A DNA stretch of 63,851 nucleotides, the filler included, from Bigelowiella natans CCMP2755 (lineage: Eukaryota; Protista; Cercozoa), in assembly GCA_000320545.1 (NCBI GenBank). It is 10 parts of 10 records of this genome, joined end to end, with 100 filler letters (N's around TTAATTAATTAA, not from the genome) between each part and the next. Parts side by side here need not be neighbours in the genome. Positions count along the whole stretch, not along the records: positions 49,913 to 51,913 come from ADNK01003323.1; positions 52,014 to 56,191 come from ADNK01002248.1; positions 56,292 to 58,259 come from ADNK01000683.1; positions 58,360 to 62,413 come from ADNK01002587.1; positions 62,514 to 63,851 come from ADNK01001344.1; 5 more parts are not named here. One strand, given 5' to 3'. Shown here piece by piece: positions 51,871-63,851 of the stretch. Numbering within the stretch: position 1 is the first letter of the stretch; each line of letters opens with the position of its first letter. Under the pieces are notes generated by a model, which searched no databases, had not been told where the DNA came from, and saw only the letters and a program-made list of their open reading frames with translations. The translations under genes and the position numbers were made by a program.

Positions 51871-52088
51871 GCCTTTTCCTCTCTCCCTCTCTCCCTCTCT
51901 CCCTCTCTGTCCCNNNNNNNNNNNNNNNNNNNNNNNNNNNNNNNNNNNNNNNNNNNNTTAATTAATTAANNNNNNNNNNNNNNNNNNNNNNNNNNNNNNN
52001 NNNNNNNNNNNNNTCGGTAACAGTCGTATTCAATTGTCGTCTCTCCAAATCTCAAGGTAACGTACGTGTGATTCGCTTCTACATGGTC

Positions 52089-53040
52089 TCACTTGTCGTT
52101 GATGGCCGTGGTAGGGGTGCTGTCAACAGGTTCCTGTCCATCAGAGTTTACTCCATCGTTGCGAATGTCATTCTTGGTTGTTAAATCCTGTGTCAACCAT
52201 ATTCCTTTGATAGAGAAACATGGATGTACTTTTCCAGGATTGTACCGTGGTTGAGGAGGGGGAAGATGTTGTTGCTTCCGAGGTGGTGATGGCCTTGCTG
52301 CTGCTGGTGGTGCTGGTGGTGGTGGTAGAGGAGCGACTCTTGCTGGGGCCGGAGGAGGAGGTGGAGGAGGAGGAGGAGAACGACGGGAAGAGAAAGCATT
52401 CCCAAAGATGGATTGGTAGTGGTTACCCCCTCCCCAGGTCGAAGCTGACTGGCCTTCAGGAGGTGTCCATCGAGGAGGAGGAGGAGGAGGAGGAGGAGAG
52501 GAAGTAGAGGCAGCATTACTACTCGCATGTTTATTATACTGGTCATGCGAAGATAGTAGGGGCTGGTCGTAGAGGGTGTCTCGGGGATGCTGCTGCTGTT
52601 GTTGCTGCTGCTGCTGCTGCTGGGTTTGGGGAGCAGCGGGAAGTGGAGGGGGAGGGGGAGTATGCTGTTCTTGCTGTCGTCGTCGTCGTTGCTGCTGTAG
52701 TAGTAGTAGTTGTTGTTGTTGTTGTTGTTGTTGTTGTTGCTGCTGTCTCCTCTGTCTCTCCTTCTCTGCTTCTTCGTGCTCCTTCCGATGTTCATACTGC
52801 TGAGCGATTTTGAGCTGCTCCTGGAAGAAATGGCGCAGTCTTGGGAAGTCAACGTGGAAGAAGTCAAAGGTGTCCTGCGGGATGGGGGAGTAGGAGAAGA
52901 CGGCTTTTGCTAGGTCTGCCGATGAGGGGGGAGGGGACTTTTGCTGCTGTCTTAGAATATAGTTAAATCCGATGTTTCCTGCTGAGAAATGGCGACTGCC
53001 CGGTGGTGATATCTTGGTTTTGTCATCGTTATTCTGAAGA
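52089..53040 (-). CDS. Exon(s) of an unidentified Pro/Gln-rich protein
   Basis: Long minus-strand ORF with a globular-looking part (DLAKAVFSYSPIPQDTFDFFHVDFPRLRHFFQEQL) followed by poly-Q and poly-P. More exons are probably upstream to ~56150. Confidence 0.45.
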
Positions 53041-55555
53041 TAATGATAATAAGTCATGACGGTGATAATATCATAGCAGAGGATTGCGTCTCGCTCCCAT
53101 CTCATGGAGAGGGTTTTTTTCTTGCCTATCGAATAACGATGCTGCACCTTATCGATTCAATGGTCGATAGCTGGTGTTTGGGAGCCGTGAGGACTCATTT
53201 GAGGTGTCTGTCCCTGTTGTTGTAAGAAGGCCGTTAGTGTCAATTTAGTAGTAGTAATAGTAGTAGTAATAGTAGTAGTCATCGTCGGCGTAGTCGTAGC
53301 TCCGCAAGTTTCTTTCTTTATGTTTTAATTTTGTTGGAGCAGATAGATTAAACGCCCTCTTCGATCACATCTCGCCCATCACAAGTTGTCGTAGTGCTAA
53401 TAACCACCTGGCTTTGCTGCTGCGAGTAGTACTGCTGGGGGGGGGGTTGCTGGTACTGCGGCGGTTGATATCTGACCAAGTAAACAACACGTTGAGCTTA
53501 CACGTAGCGGCATCTTATACATGTTTGCGTCTGCCTCCTAATGAATCACGAGGGCATGTGCGCTATCTGGAGAACGTACTGTGGAGGAGGCGGCTGATAC
53601 TGGGAAGGAGGAGGCTGGTACTGATGAGGGGGGGGCTGCTCATAATTCTGGTGATCGATCTAATAGAGGAGACAGTAATGGTGACGGTCATGGAGGGGGC
53701 AAGTAGGAGGGGACACTACTTTATAGCTGTGGGGAGGAGGGGGAGGGGGAGGAGGGAGAGGAAAAGGCGGTCATTGCTTTTCCCGCTATGGCAGGGGTAC
53801 ACAATCAGATACACCCAAAAAAGAACGATAATTCATTCTATATTTCATGCATGATTTGATGGACACCTCATCAGACGCTGCAAGGCGTTGGAATTCCAAG
53901 GTTTTCTCAGTGAATTCGCGATTCTGATGATGCATGGGGGGGAACAGATGATGATGATGATGATGATAATACTCATAGTAATAATAGGTTCAGATTACTA
54001 TGCTTGTGCAACTACTACTACAACAACTACTACTACTTTGAACTTGGGATGACGGGGGAGATACTAATAGTGAATGTAATAATGGGGGAGCAGGGATAAT
54101 GGCGCTGACCGGCCCGCGACGGAAGAGCACGTCTTTAGGCTGAAAGTAGTCGACACCTACGGAGCAAACAATATAGCATCATCAATACGTGCGTTGTGCT
54201 GCATTGCTTTGCATTGCTAATACAAATCTCTAGCGAATCAAATCTTAGTCGGGACTGAATGAATGCGGAGGTCATTATATCCTCGTCGCCATCAGCACCA
54301 TCCAATGAAGCGGCAGCAGCAGGAGCGGCGCAAAGATCATCACCACCACCATAGGTGGGATGTGATGACGATTAATTTTTCTTAAGCGTTAAACCATCAT
54401 CGATTGTATTTGCTACTGCTACTACTGGTACTACCAGAAGAACCGTCTTCTTTATCGGTGTTTATCTGGATCCCTCCTATCAGGCCGACGGGTTTCGGAA
54501 AGTCCACTGGAATGCACTGTTTTGCGGGTGGGGAGGGATGTAGAGGAGGAGGAGGAGGAGAAGGGGGGGAGCAGGGAGATAGGTTGTAATTTATCGTAGC
54601 AGTAGTAAGAAGTAGCAGAAGTGGTAAGAGTAGGAATGGAATTGTTGCGGCTAGTGGCGTATCATCAAGCGGTGATGAAAGACGAAGTAGATCAGAACCT
54701 TCAACCTGTCATCTGCCAGGTTTTCTAATTCTCAGTACTACTACGGTGCTACTTCGCGACAGCATGTTGTTGGTGCGCTGTGCGGCTGCTGCTGCTACTA
54801 CTACAACAACAGTTACTATTGCAAGTAGTCTTCTTCATTGCAGTGTGCATTGTAGTGTACATACTACTTACCGCAATCAATCGCCATTTGATGACTTGGT
54901 AGACAATCTCAGTAGCAGCGCGGAGACGGTTGGGGGACTATTCGATATGTAAATACATATTATTTTAATATATATATATATATGTAAATATATACATTGT
55001 GATATTTAGCAGTGCAGCAGTAACAACATCTTGCTCTCTGCAGTGATTTGATGTGCGCTTGGAGATGGTGATGATGAACGACGATAATGATGATGATGAT
55101 GATGTTGATGGTGACGATGACTTTTCATTATGGTGGTCAAAGACATTGAATGCTACTACTCATTGCTACTACTACTGCTACTAATACTACGACAACAAAG
55201 ACAACGAGGACGATGAACACGTACATCTTTTATCTCCTCCCAATGCTGATCGATGATCTCCACGACTTGGCCTGGTAGGAATCAATGACCAACACAGGCA
55301 GCAAATGAGCGGGTAGAGGAGACTAACACTACACGCGGTCGGGGTGAAAATGGGCGCTTTGGAGATGTAAATCAAATGTAAATCGATGTCAAATTAAAAT
55401 CAATATCTCGACGAGTTTTCATCAATGCTGGAATGAGTAACGCCAGTAGTAGCGTTATCGTTGTCATCACCCATCATCAGTCAAATCAAACCACCCTTTG
55501 TGTACAGAGGGGCCGTTTCAGAGAATAAATAGGTACTATTCCATCTGACGTGCTC

Positions 55556-55607
<52 letters not shown>

Positions 55608-55816
55608 TTTTATCGGTTTCGACTTACTCTGTTGGTAATCCAGAGGGTCATCTGCGGGGGGGGGCTGCTGTTCACTGTGTGCATAATCCATCAACATTGA
55701 GATCAGATCTCATGATGCAGCATCATCACGGCGACTCGAAAGATATCTTCGAGTGTGTTCGCAACAGCGTAGGAACTTGATGTTGGAGATTATTAGCACA
55801 CGCAAAACACGACACA

Positions 55817-55854
<38 letters not shown>

Positions 55855-56023
55855 AACAGGAAGAGGGGGGTGAGGGGGGGGGTAGGAGATGGCCATACTG
55901 GTTCTGTGCACTGCGCTTCTTCTCCACGGCAGCAATCGCAGCCAGCAAGGATCCTTGGGTGATGCAAAGATAATGATAACAACAATTCTCGTTATACACA
56001 ACACAAATGTATATACAGAAATA

Positions 56024-56065
<42 letters not shown>

Positions 56066-56305
56066 TGTAAAATGATACCGCATGCTCCCGAGTGCTTTCC
56101 GACTCCAAGGCGTTTCACCTTTCCAAGTTCTCCGACCTCAGACAACCTTGATGATGGATAGATCGGTCGATCGACACGGCAGATGGAAGGGNNNNNNNNN
56201 NNNNNNNNNNNNNNNNNNNNNNNNNNNNNNNNNNNTTAATTAATTAANNNNNNNNNNNNNNNNNNNNNNNNNNNNNNNNNNNNNNNNNNNNTATAATATA
56301 TTATT

Positions 56306-56366
<61 letters not shown>

Positions 56367-56599
56367 AGAATAGAGAAGAATCCAATTTTGCTCACAAATA
56401 ACATTATTTCTTACGTACTATTTTGTAGTACGATTCTGAAGCACGTACGCACACACACACACACACACACACAGATACACACAAAACCGGCTACACACCT
56501 TTAGGAACTTTCAGAGCCGAAGGAGTATGGCAGCAAAGCTGCAGTAGCGAATTTGAGGATGGGGGGGGGGAGGGGGGTGAGGGGCAGGCACCATTTATA

Positions 56600-57364
56600 C
56601 GTGTGCTACGATGCTAAAAATAGCGCCTTTTCGGCAAGATACATGTTCGGTTGCGTCGCATGGCGACACGAAAACACACGCACACACACGCATCATCGAA
56701 GTCGATGAGAAAAATAGGATTAGCGACGAGGAAACCGCCATGATGATGCCCACCTGACTCAAACTACCACCCGCAGCAGGGAGAGAGTAGATTCCGTGGT
56801 TGTTTACGTCGGACCCTAGAGCAGCGGTAACGACATGTTCACCGGCGTATTTGATTCGTGGAATGGCGGCGGCGGTGGTGGTGGTGGTGGTGGTGGTGGT
56901 GCTGCTGCTGCTAGGATTGATTCTTACCGTTGTAGAAGAACAAAGTATCTGTGCTGTAGACGACGTGACCAAGACCGGAGATTACGGGAGATCCGGTTAC
57001 TTTCTGAGAGGAGGACGTTTTATCATAAACCAGCAGCCGGGTCGGTGAAATTGTTTCAAGGGTTTCGGCCAGCCCCCCCCCCCAACCCCCCGTAATAATC
57101 CCGCTAGTACTACCTGGATTTCTTGAAGAGCTAAATTTACGGAACGAACAGCAGCATTGCTACCCGATTGCGTGAAGTACCTTGATAACACACCCACGCA
57201 TACGCATAGAAAGGGGGGAAGGGGGGAGGGGGGGGGGGAAGAGAGAAATTGAGTCCCCTGAAAACAACCTAGTACATATCACTAAATTCAAATACAGTTT
57301 CTGATTTGCTTGGTCAGCGGCGATTGACGTCGCCCAACTCACTCGTGCAGGCCCGCCCCTGACG

Positions 57365-57397
<33 letters not shown>

Positions 57398-58080
57398 TCG
57401 TAACGTTGTCTAGCTTCCAATCCCATCAGCCAACACAACCGTCGCCATCGTCAAAACAACAAACTAACTAGAGGATGAGGGACATGGTGTATTACGGGCC
57501 AAAACTTCCATCGATGTTTGACGACGCGTCGTATGTAATAACCGTGCTAACATCCGATCCTGTAATGGCAATCCTGCGGATCGCTGTTAATGGAATTAAG
57601 GGGGGAGGGGATGAGAGAGAGAGTTGATGAAGCATGAACCAGCAGATTCCAGTGAGTGGTGGCGCTCGAATGCGTATTGTATTTCTTTCCCGAAAGCATC
57701 ATAGACCCTACAGCAAACTCGCGAGCACACTCAGCCGGCGCGCGGCGTTCGCATTTTCTGACTTTTTCCTGCGACGAAGAGCGACTCTTCGTTGTTCAAG
57801 GGGTCTTTGTAGTACTGGATGTCGGCTGCATCCCAAAATCGGGCGTTGAGGAGCGTTCCGTCCGCCTATGGTGGCGCATGGCCGCGCAAGCGCAACAAAG
57901 GCAGAGAAGGGCGGAGCGCATGAGAAACACGATGCAATCACACGACACCAGAGGACGTGCATGCTTTTGGTGTGATGCTACCGTAGATCCTGCGGTTAAC
58001 GAGCTGACAGAACTGCCAGGCCCTGCCACCAAGGCCACGGCGCGAGTGGTTTTGTGGATCGAGTACACCGAAGGATAGAA
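56600..58080 (-). CDS. Exons of an unidentified, probably membrane-anchored protein
   Basis: Spliced-looking beta-rich segments IAITGSDVSTVITYDASSNIDGSFGP, ARVSWATSIAADQANQKLYLNL and IPRIKYAGEHVVTAALGSDVNNHG, then hydrophobic VGIIMAVSSSLILF. Confidence 0.35.
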
Positions 58081-60449
58081 CTCAGACTTTCCGATGCCTG
58101 AGCGCGGCCGCCGCAGGGAAGGGGGGGGGGGGGGGATGCGGGAGGATTGTTGGAAGAAGAAGATGGGGGGGAGAGGAGGGAGTGAGTTGTGCGCAATGTG
58201 TTGGGAGGTCTTAGTGCTTGCGCAAATTATAACGCAGCAGCGAGCCCCCCCCCCCCCCANNNNNNNNNNNNNNNNNNNNNNNNNNNNNNNNNNNNNNNNN
58301 NNNTTAATTAATTAANNNNNNNNNNNNNNNNNNNNNNNNNNNNNNNNNNNNNNNNNNNNATTTATATAAATATATATTTTAAATTTTTTCCGGCCCTTTA
58401 AGCCTTGGTTTTCGGCCCCCTCCAAGCCCCTGAAGGCCAAATTTCCTACCTGGGGGGGGGGCCACCCCTTCCCAACTCCAGATTTTGAAGGCCGCGGGAA
58501 AAAAAAAAAAAAAAAGGGGGGGGGGGGGGGGAGGGAGGGGATAAGGAAAGTAAGGCTGGTCCTGATGTCGTAGTTCCCTCCTTTAGAAGATTGAATAACA
58601 CAGGATGATACATCGAGTGCTCCGGTCTTCTTCTCGTTATCCAGCCCTTATTTTGTATATGGATGCATCCTCTTCTTCGCACTCATGGGGTTGGCTGGCC
58701 TGTGTATTCTCTGCGCGAAGATGGATTGCAGTCTAAACCCGTTCTGTGGCTTCTACTGCATCGACTGCATTCCATTTGGTAAATTACACACATCTTGTGG
58801 TAATTATAACTGCATTGTTTGGACTTCATTTGGTAGGATTTGTACCACATACTACGATACAGCAGATCAGACTATACGACACGACAGCATTGATCTGAAT
58901 GCTTTCCATCATCTCCTGTTTTAGAGTACAAAACAGTGTTTTGCGTCTTAATATGCATCCTGATGCTCGCGACCATCAGAGTTATTGTAGGGGTGAGATT
59001 CTGTAGAAATAGGAGGGAGGGAGGGAGAGAGAGAGAGAGAAGAGAGATGAGAGATACGAGAAGAAAAGACGTGAGAAGAAAGAGAGCGCGGCAGTAGCTA
59101 TAGCAGTAGCCGCAGCAGTAGTAGTAGCAGCAATTCATCGCCAGAAATTATCTTAAATTTGTGCGCTTAGATATTTTTTGCAATTGCGAGCTTTCGGTGC
59201 ATCATCAAGAAACACACGAAGGTGGCTAAAATCAGAGTTCATCTACGTTGTTTTATGGAATCAAGTAGCTCCTCACGAACAATTATAATCCATTGTCCTC
59301 ATCTTTGCAAGATATTTTGGAGGGATGGCGAAGCAGAGCGAGTTATGGTAGTATTCATGCAGCACCACATTATCAATAAACTTTATTTGGAGACACTACG
59401 ATTTCGCACAGCATTATGATGAAGCACAATACATCCATCACCCCAAATGCTAATATAAGGTTGTGGACCTCTCCAAGTATCCGGTGCAAATTGTCTAATA
59501 GATGATATTGCTGAGAAGTTATGTGATTTCATTTTTCTGGAAATGGCCCCTTAAGTGCAAAAAATAGCGTTTTACTGGATGATAAATGAAGGATACATTT
59601 GTCGTATTTATGGGCGTATGCACGTAGTCTAATGGCTTTATTTTCGGATTCTTGAAACAATAAACTGACAGTACTATACATAGTAAATATAGACAAGGTG
59701 GCCAATGTATATGCTATGTTGGAAAACTGACAAAACGCAGAGTATGACAGTATGACCATCACGACGTAAAGAACAAGTTGTCATATGCACGTAAATATTA
59801 TGAATTTAAAATATTTAATCATATCATTACATCTGCACTCTATGCTGAGGTTTATATTTAATCATATATGACATATAGTGCGTAGAAGGAACAATGTTAC
59901 GATTACGATACGCTATGAATAAGCTTGCTATTCGTAACGGATCAGCAAGACAACGCTACTGAATTGCGAACGGAGTAAATGGCGCATTGCTTTGTGCATA
60001 TGTTTGATAACAAGAGGCTGCATTCTAGCACACATGGCCAAAAATATCGGCGTCGCAACAACGAATTTCGAGTGATACATCTAGACATTGTTAACATTTG
60101 GAAGAGCCTAGTAGGGAAATGCACGTAACTACTATTGCTGGTGCTGCGGTGCGTCATATGCGAAGTGTTATATTAAACCGGGTGTCAGCATGAAATGAAT
60201 TTTCGAATGCTGCTGGCAAAGGAAGTAATGATTTCCGAATCAACCAGTCTTCTTACACGCCTAGCTAGCTAGCTTGTTCGTTTGATGTTGGACATCTCAA
60301 GACCTACCAGCCATTACGCCGTCCTCTCCGTCCTAAAGGAGGATATCGATCGACAAATACTTTATGATGTGACTTCTTCTCGCTCGTTCAGATCATAGCC
60401 TACCCACTCCCTCTTCTTTTCAGATGCAGCCAAACTCTTTACCCCCACC

Positions 60450-62905
60450 CATAACAAACAAATAGTCGTCGCCGGTGATGATTTCTTGTTCTGAGCTTGA
60501 GGATGATGATCTCCTCTGTCTCAAGATAAGAAGTTCCAACGTCGACGTTGTTCATGTGTTTTATTGTTATGAATTGCTACTCCTGTCCTGGAGCCATCTC
60601 TACTATTCGTCCCTTTTTGTGTGTGTTTCCGTGAAAAGTAGCATCTATCTAGGTGGTGAGAGGGGAGGGTACAAACAAGCACACATCTTTCACCTGCACT
60701 GCTGTTTCCACCATCCCTGCTATTACTCATTCGTTTCCCTGAATCGCTCTCGGAGTCTCTATATTTAAGAAAGGGGGAGGGGGGGGAGCTTAGTTACAGT
60801 TGTGCCTTCACAATGGATTACAGCAGGCAGCCAGACAAAAGAGAGGGAGATGAATAGAGATAGAAAGAAAAGCAGATAAAGCATCATTATCATCACCACC
60901 ACCACCACCACCATACTATATATCACCTTTTCTGCCTTGATCGATCGCGGGACTAATTGAAGAAAAGAATATGGAGTAAGGGACGTGACAGAAGAGAAAA
61001 TTGATGATAGGTACACGAAATCTATACAGCCACCACAACACCACCGCAGAAGAAGCATTTATGAATTTTCAGTGTTGTTTCTTTGTACCGCTACCCCCCC
61101 CCCCCTACACCTACACCATTATTCTGGTTCTACCCTAATTGGTGATTTGCTTGCTCGGCGATCTCCCCTGCTATTATCATCCATATGATTCTTCCTTTCA
61201 TCTGCTCGATCTGTGGTTGAGGTGGTAGTAATAGGGAGATGAGGTGCTTGATTAGCAATTGAGTGGTAGTTTCCCATTAAACAATGCTGCTGCAGCAGCA
61301 GCCGCCAGCCGGCCGTTGTACCAACAGAGTTACAAAAGGAATATCAGTTTAAAGTAGGGTTAACCAGCACCTGTACTACTGCGGGTATTATTTGGAGGCG
61401 ACTTGGTCGTCCTGAATTTTGTGAATAATATATATCATTTCTTAATCATGTTTGTAGCTTTTAAATTAGTACTCTCCTCCTCCTGCTCCTTGCCATTATC
61501 ATCACTATCATCATAATTATATTCTTCTTCTTCTTGATTATCATCGTCACGCCATTATTATCACCTTGTGGAGACGTCTGCTGTTCTTCGACGCTTTGCT
61601 GCTCTACTGTCGTCCGCAGAGAACCCCCCTCCCCCACCGCCTAAATGATTTACGATCATCGTTCATCCGTATTAGCACAACTCCAGCAGGGCAGTATCCT
61701 ACTCCTCCTCCTCATCATCATCATCACAGAACATACACTCCATTCATATGTTATTGTTATCATTTCTCACGGGGAGCGAAAGGCTTTGCTTTTGCACTCA
61801 TGGAAGCCTTGCCCCCCCCCCCTTTCTTTTCACTTCCAGCAGCAGAAGAAGGAGGGCTCTTCTTCTTCCTTCCGACGTCAGAGGCTTTGGTCTTAGCCTG
61901 CAATAGAACAGAGTGTGTTACTACTTATTCATGCAAGTGAGAGCAGTACCACAACACAATTCCAATAGGAAGAAGAAGAAGGAGATAGTAGAGTCTCTTT
62001 CTTCTCTTTCCTTCTTCTTTTTCTTCTTCTTCTTCTATGACACGAATCTATGCATCATACATGCACACAGGCAGCAAGCATGTGCGGTGTGATAGATAAA
62101 AATAATAAATAATAGTAATAATAATAATATACAATAATAATTATAGAACACCTTTGCTGGAGCACCCGGGAGAATCTCCTCCTTCTTCCAGTATTTCTTT
62201 TGAGTCTCCAAGAATGTATGTACCATCATCGCCCGCACAGCCAGAGATCTACCGGTATTCTGCGACATTATCATCATTGTCATTAGTACCCTCGCCAACA
62301 ATAACAACAACACATTATTCTGTCAGCAGGTGGTAGTAGTAGTAGCAGTAGTAGCAGCAGCAGCAGCAGCAGTGAAAGAAGAAGAAGGAGAAGAAGAAGA
62401 AGGAGAGAGAGAGNNNNNNNNNNNNNNNNNNNNNNNNNNNNNNNNNNNNNNNNNNNNTTAATTAATTAANNNNNNNNNNNNNNNNNNNNNNNNNNNNNNN
62501 NNNNNNNNNNNNNGAGAGAGTAAGAGAGAAAGAGAGAGTAAGAGAGAAAGAGAGAGTAAGAGAGAGTAAGAGAGAAAGAGAGAGAGTGAGAGAGAAAGAG
62601 AGAGAGTGAGAGAGAAAGAAAGAGTACAAGAGAGAGAGAGAAAATAGAAGGAGAGGCTTTAAATATCTCAAGAGCCCCTTCTCCCCTACTCTCTTATCGA
62701 TGTAAAATTTGTATGCATCAAACGGTGTATTCTCATTTTCTCTCTATATTCTTCTATTTACCCCAAGATGTGCTCCATGGCCAAGGGGACTGTCCTAAGA
62801 GTTATTGTTATTGTTGTTGTTGTTGTTGTTTCACAATACATTGGATAAACCAACACAGAAACACGGACACACACGGACACACACGGACACAATCGCAATT
62901 TATGA

Positions 62906-62941
<36 letters not shown>

Positions 62942-62969
62942 TATAGTAAATGAATGTATGTGCAGAGCC

Positions 62970-63014
<45 letters not shown>

Positions 63015-63302
63015 GTTAGGCGTGATCTCAATCCTGAGATTCCCCTTCCCTTGCCCCCCTCCTCTCTTTGAAAGCTGTGCCTCTCTTACCCTTGCAAAAC
63101 CATACACGCTCCCCGCAATATCGAAGGCGACCTGAGAAAGAAGGACGGGGTGTGAAGGCACCGGCAGCAGAAGGAGGAATATTTTAATTAGAGGGGGGAA
63201 GGGCGACACGACACTGAGTATGTGCCCTATTCATATGGTGTTAAGAACATAAGTCGTAATTAGCTTGTAACTCTGCTAGGGGAGGGGAGGGCGATAAATC
63301 AT

Positions 63303-63342
<40 letters not shown>

Positions 63343-63670
63343 AATATGTGTGTGTGTGTGTGTATTGTGTGGAAGATAAGAAAAAACCTCCTCCTCCTTC
63401 TCATCACCATCATCATCATCATCATCATCATCATCGTCTTCAGCATTTTCCATCATCACAAAAGTACAGCGACCAAAGCAGGAAGCAAATCTCCGGCGTG
63501 GAAGGAGATAAATGGCAAGAATATCACATGCAACCTACGACATTGAGCAGAAACTCCGATGAGCATGGTGATAATGACGGCAACGATGCCGATGATGGTA
63601 ATAAGAATGATGATCATGATGATGATGATGATGATGGCAGAGAAGCCCTCGAAGATTTATCAACACATAC
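60450..63670 (-). CDS. Scattered exons of an unidentified gene
   Basis: Coding-like pieces bounded by AG/GT among microsatellite introns, e.g. NTGRSLAVRAMMVHTFLETQKKYWKKEEILPGAPAK (~62260-62150) and VAFDIAGSVYGFARVREAQLSK (~63130-63065). May span more than one gene across the 62414 gap. Confidence 0.25.
62514..62640. repeat. GA-rich minisatellite (gagagagtaagagagaaa-like units)
   Basis: Degenerate tandem units of about 18-20 bp at a contig start. Confidence 0.75.
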
Positions 63671-63692
63671 ACACACACACATACACACAAAC

Positions 63693-63742
<50 letters not shown>

Positions 63743-63851
63743 AATATATATATAATAAAACCATCATGTTACTATGCTTACTTAAGATCCGGGAACAGCT
63801 GTGCAAAGACCGCTACCTGTCGTGTATTGCGTTTGAATAATACGCGAAAAG

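Noticed and set aside
1-63851. Most ORF-track entries (CVCVCV, YIYIYI, ERERER, poly-H/M/T peptides)
   Set aside because: They are translations of intronic microsatellites or antisense frames of real exons.

Overview
Eukaryotic nuclear DNA from an intron-rich protist. A rhizarian/chlorarachniophyte-like source is only a guess. Introns are packed with (TA)n, (CA)n, (GA)n and trinucleotide microsatellites, and the window is ten contigs joined by artificial 100-bp N/TTAATTAATTAA/N spacers. Genes I could piece together across exons: an F-box protein, a Sel1-repeat protein, a divergent G-protein alpha subunit, an MIT-domain AAA ATPase (spastin/fidgetin-like), SPT16, a DEP+ankyrin protein, a SAM-domain protein, a small acylated acidic protein, an intronless Spondin_N protein, a synapsin-like ATP-grasp protein, an intronless WGR-WWE-basic tail protein, an SLC35F-like transporter, a saposin-domain protein, a SNF1/CAMK-like kinase and PRMT5. 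The most striking unexplained signal is a set of discrete intergenic islands, mostly between convergent gene 3' ends. In the clearest islands TpA has been almost erased except inside CTAG (12172-12889: 7 TpA in 718 bp, all CTAG). TG/CA/GC-rich alternating purine-pyrimidine words and (CTAG)n accumulate while CpG is retained. This looks like the footprint of a localized, context-specific TpA->TpG/CpA hypermutation or base-modification system, the reverse of fungal RIP. Exon boundaries and counts were read by eye and are approximate.
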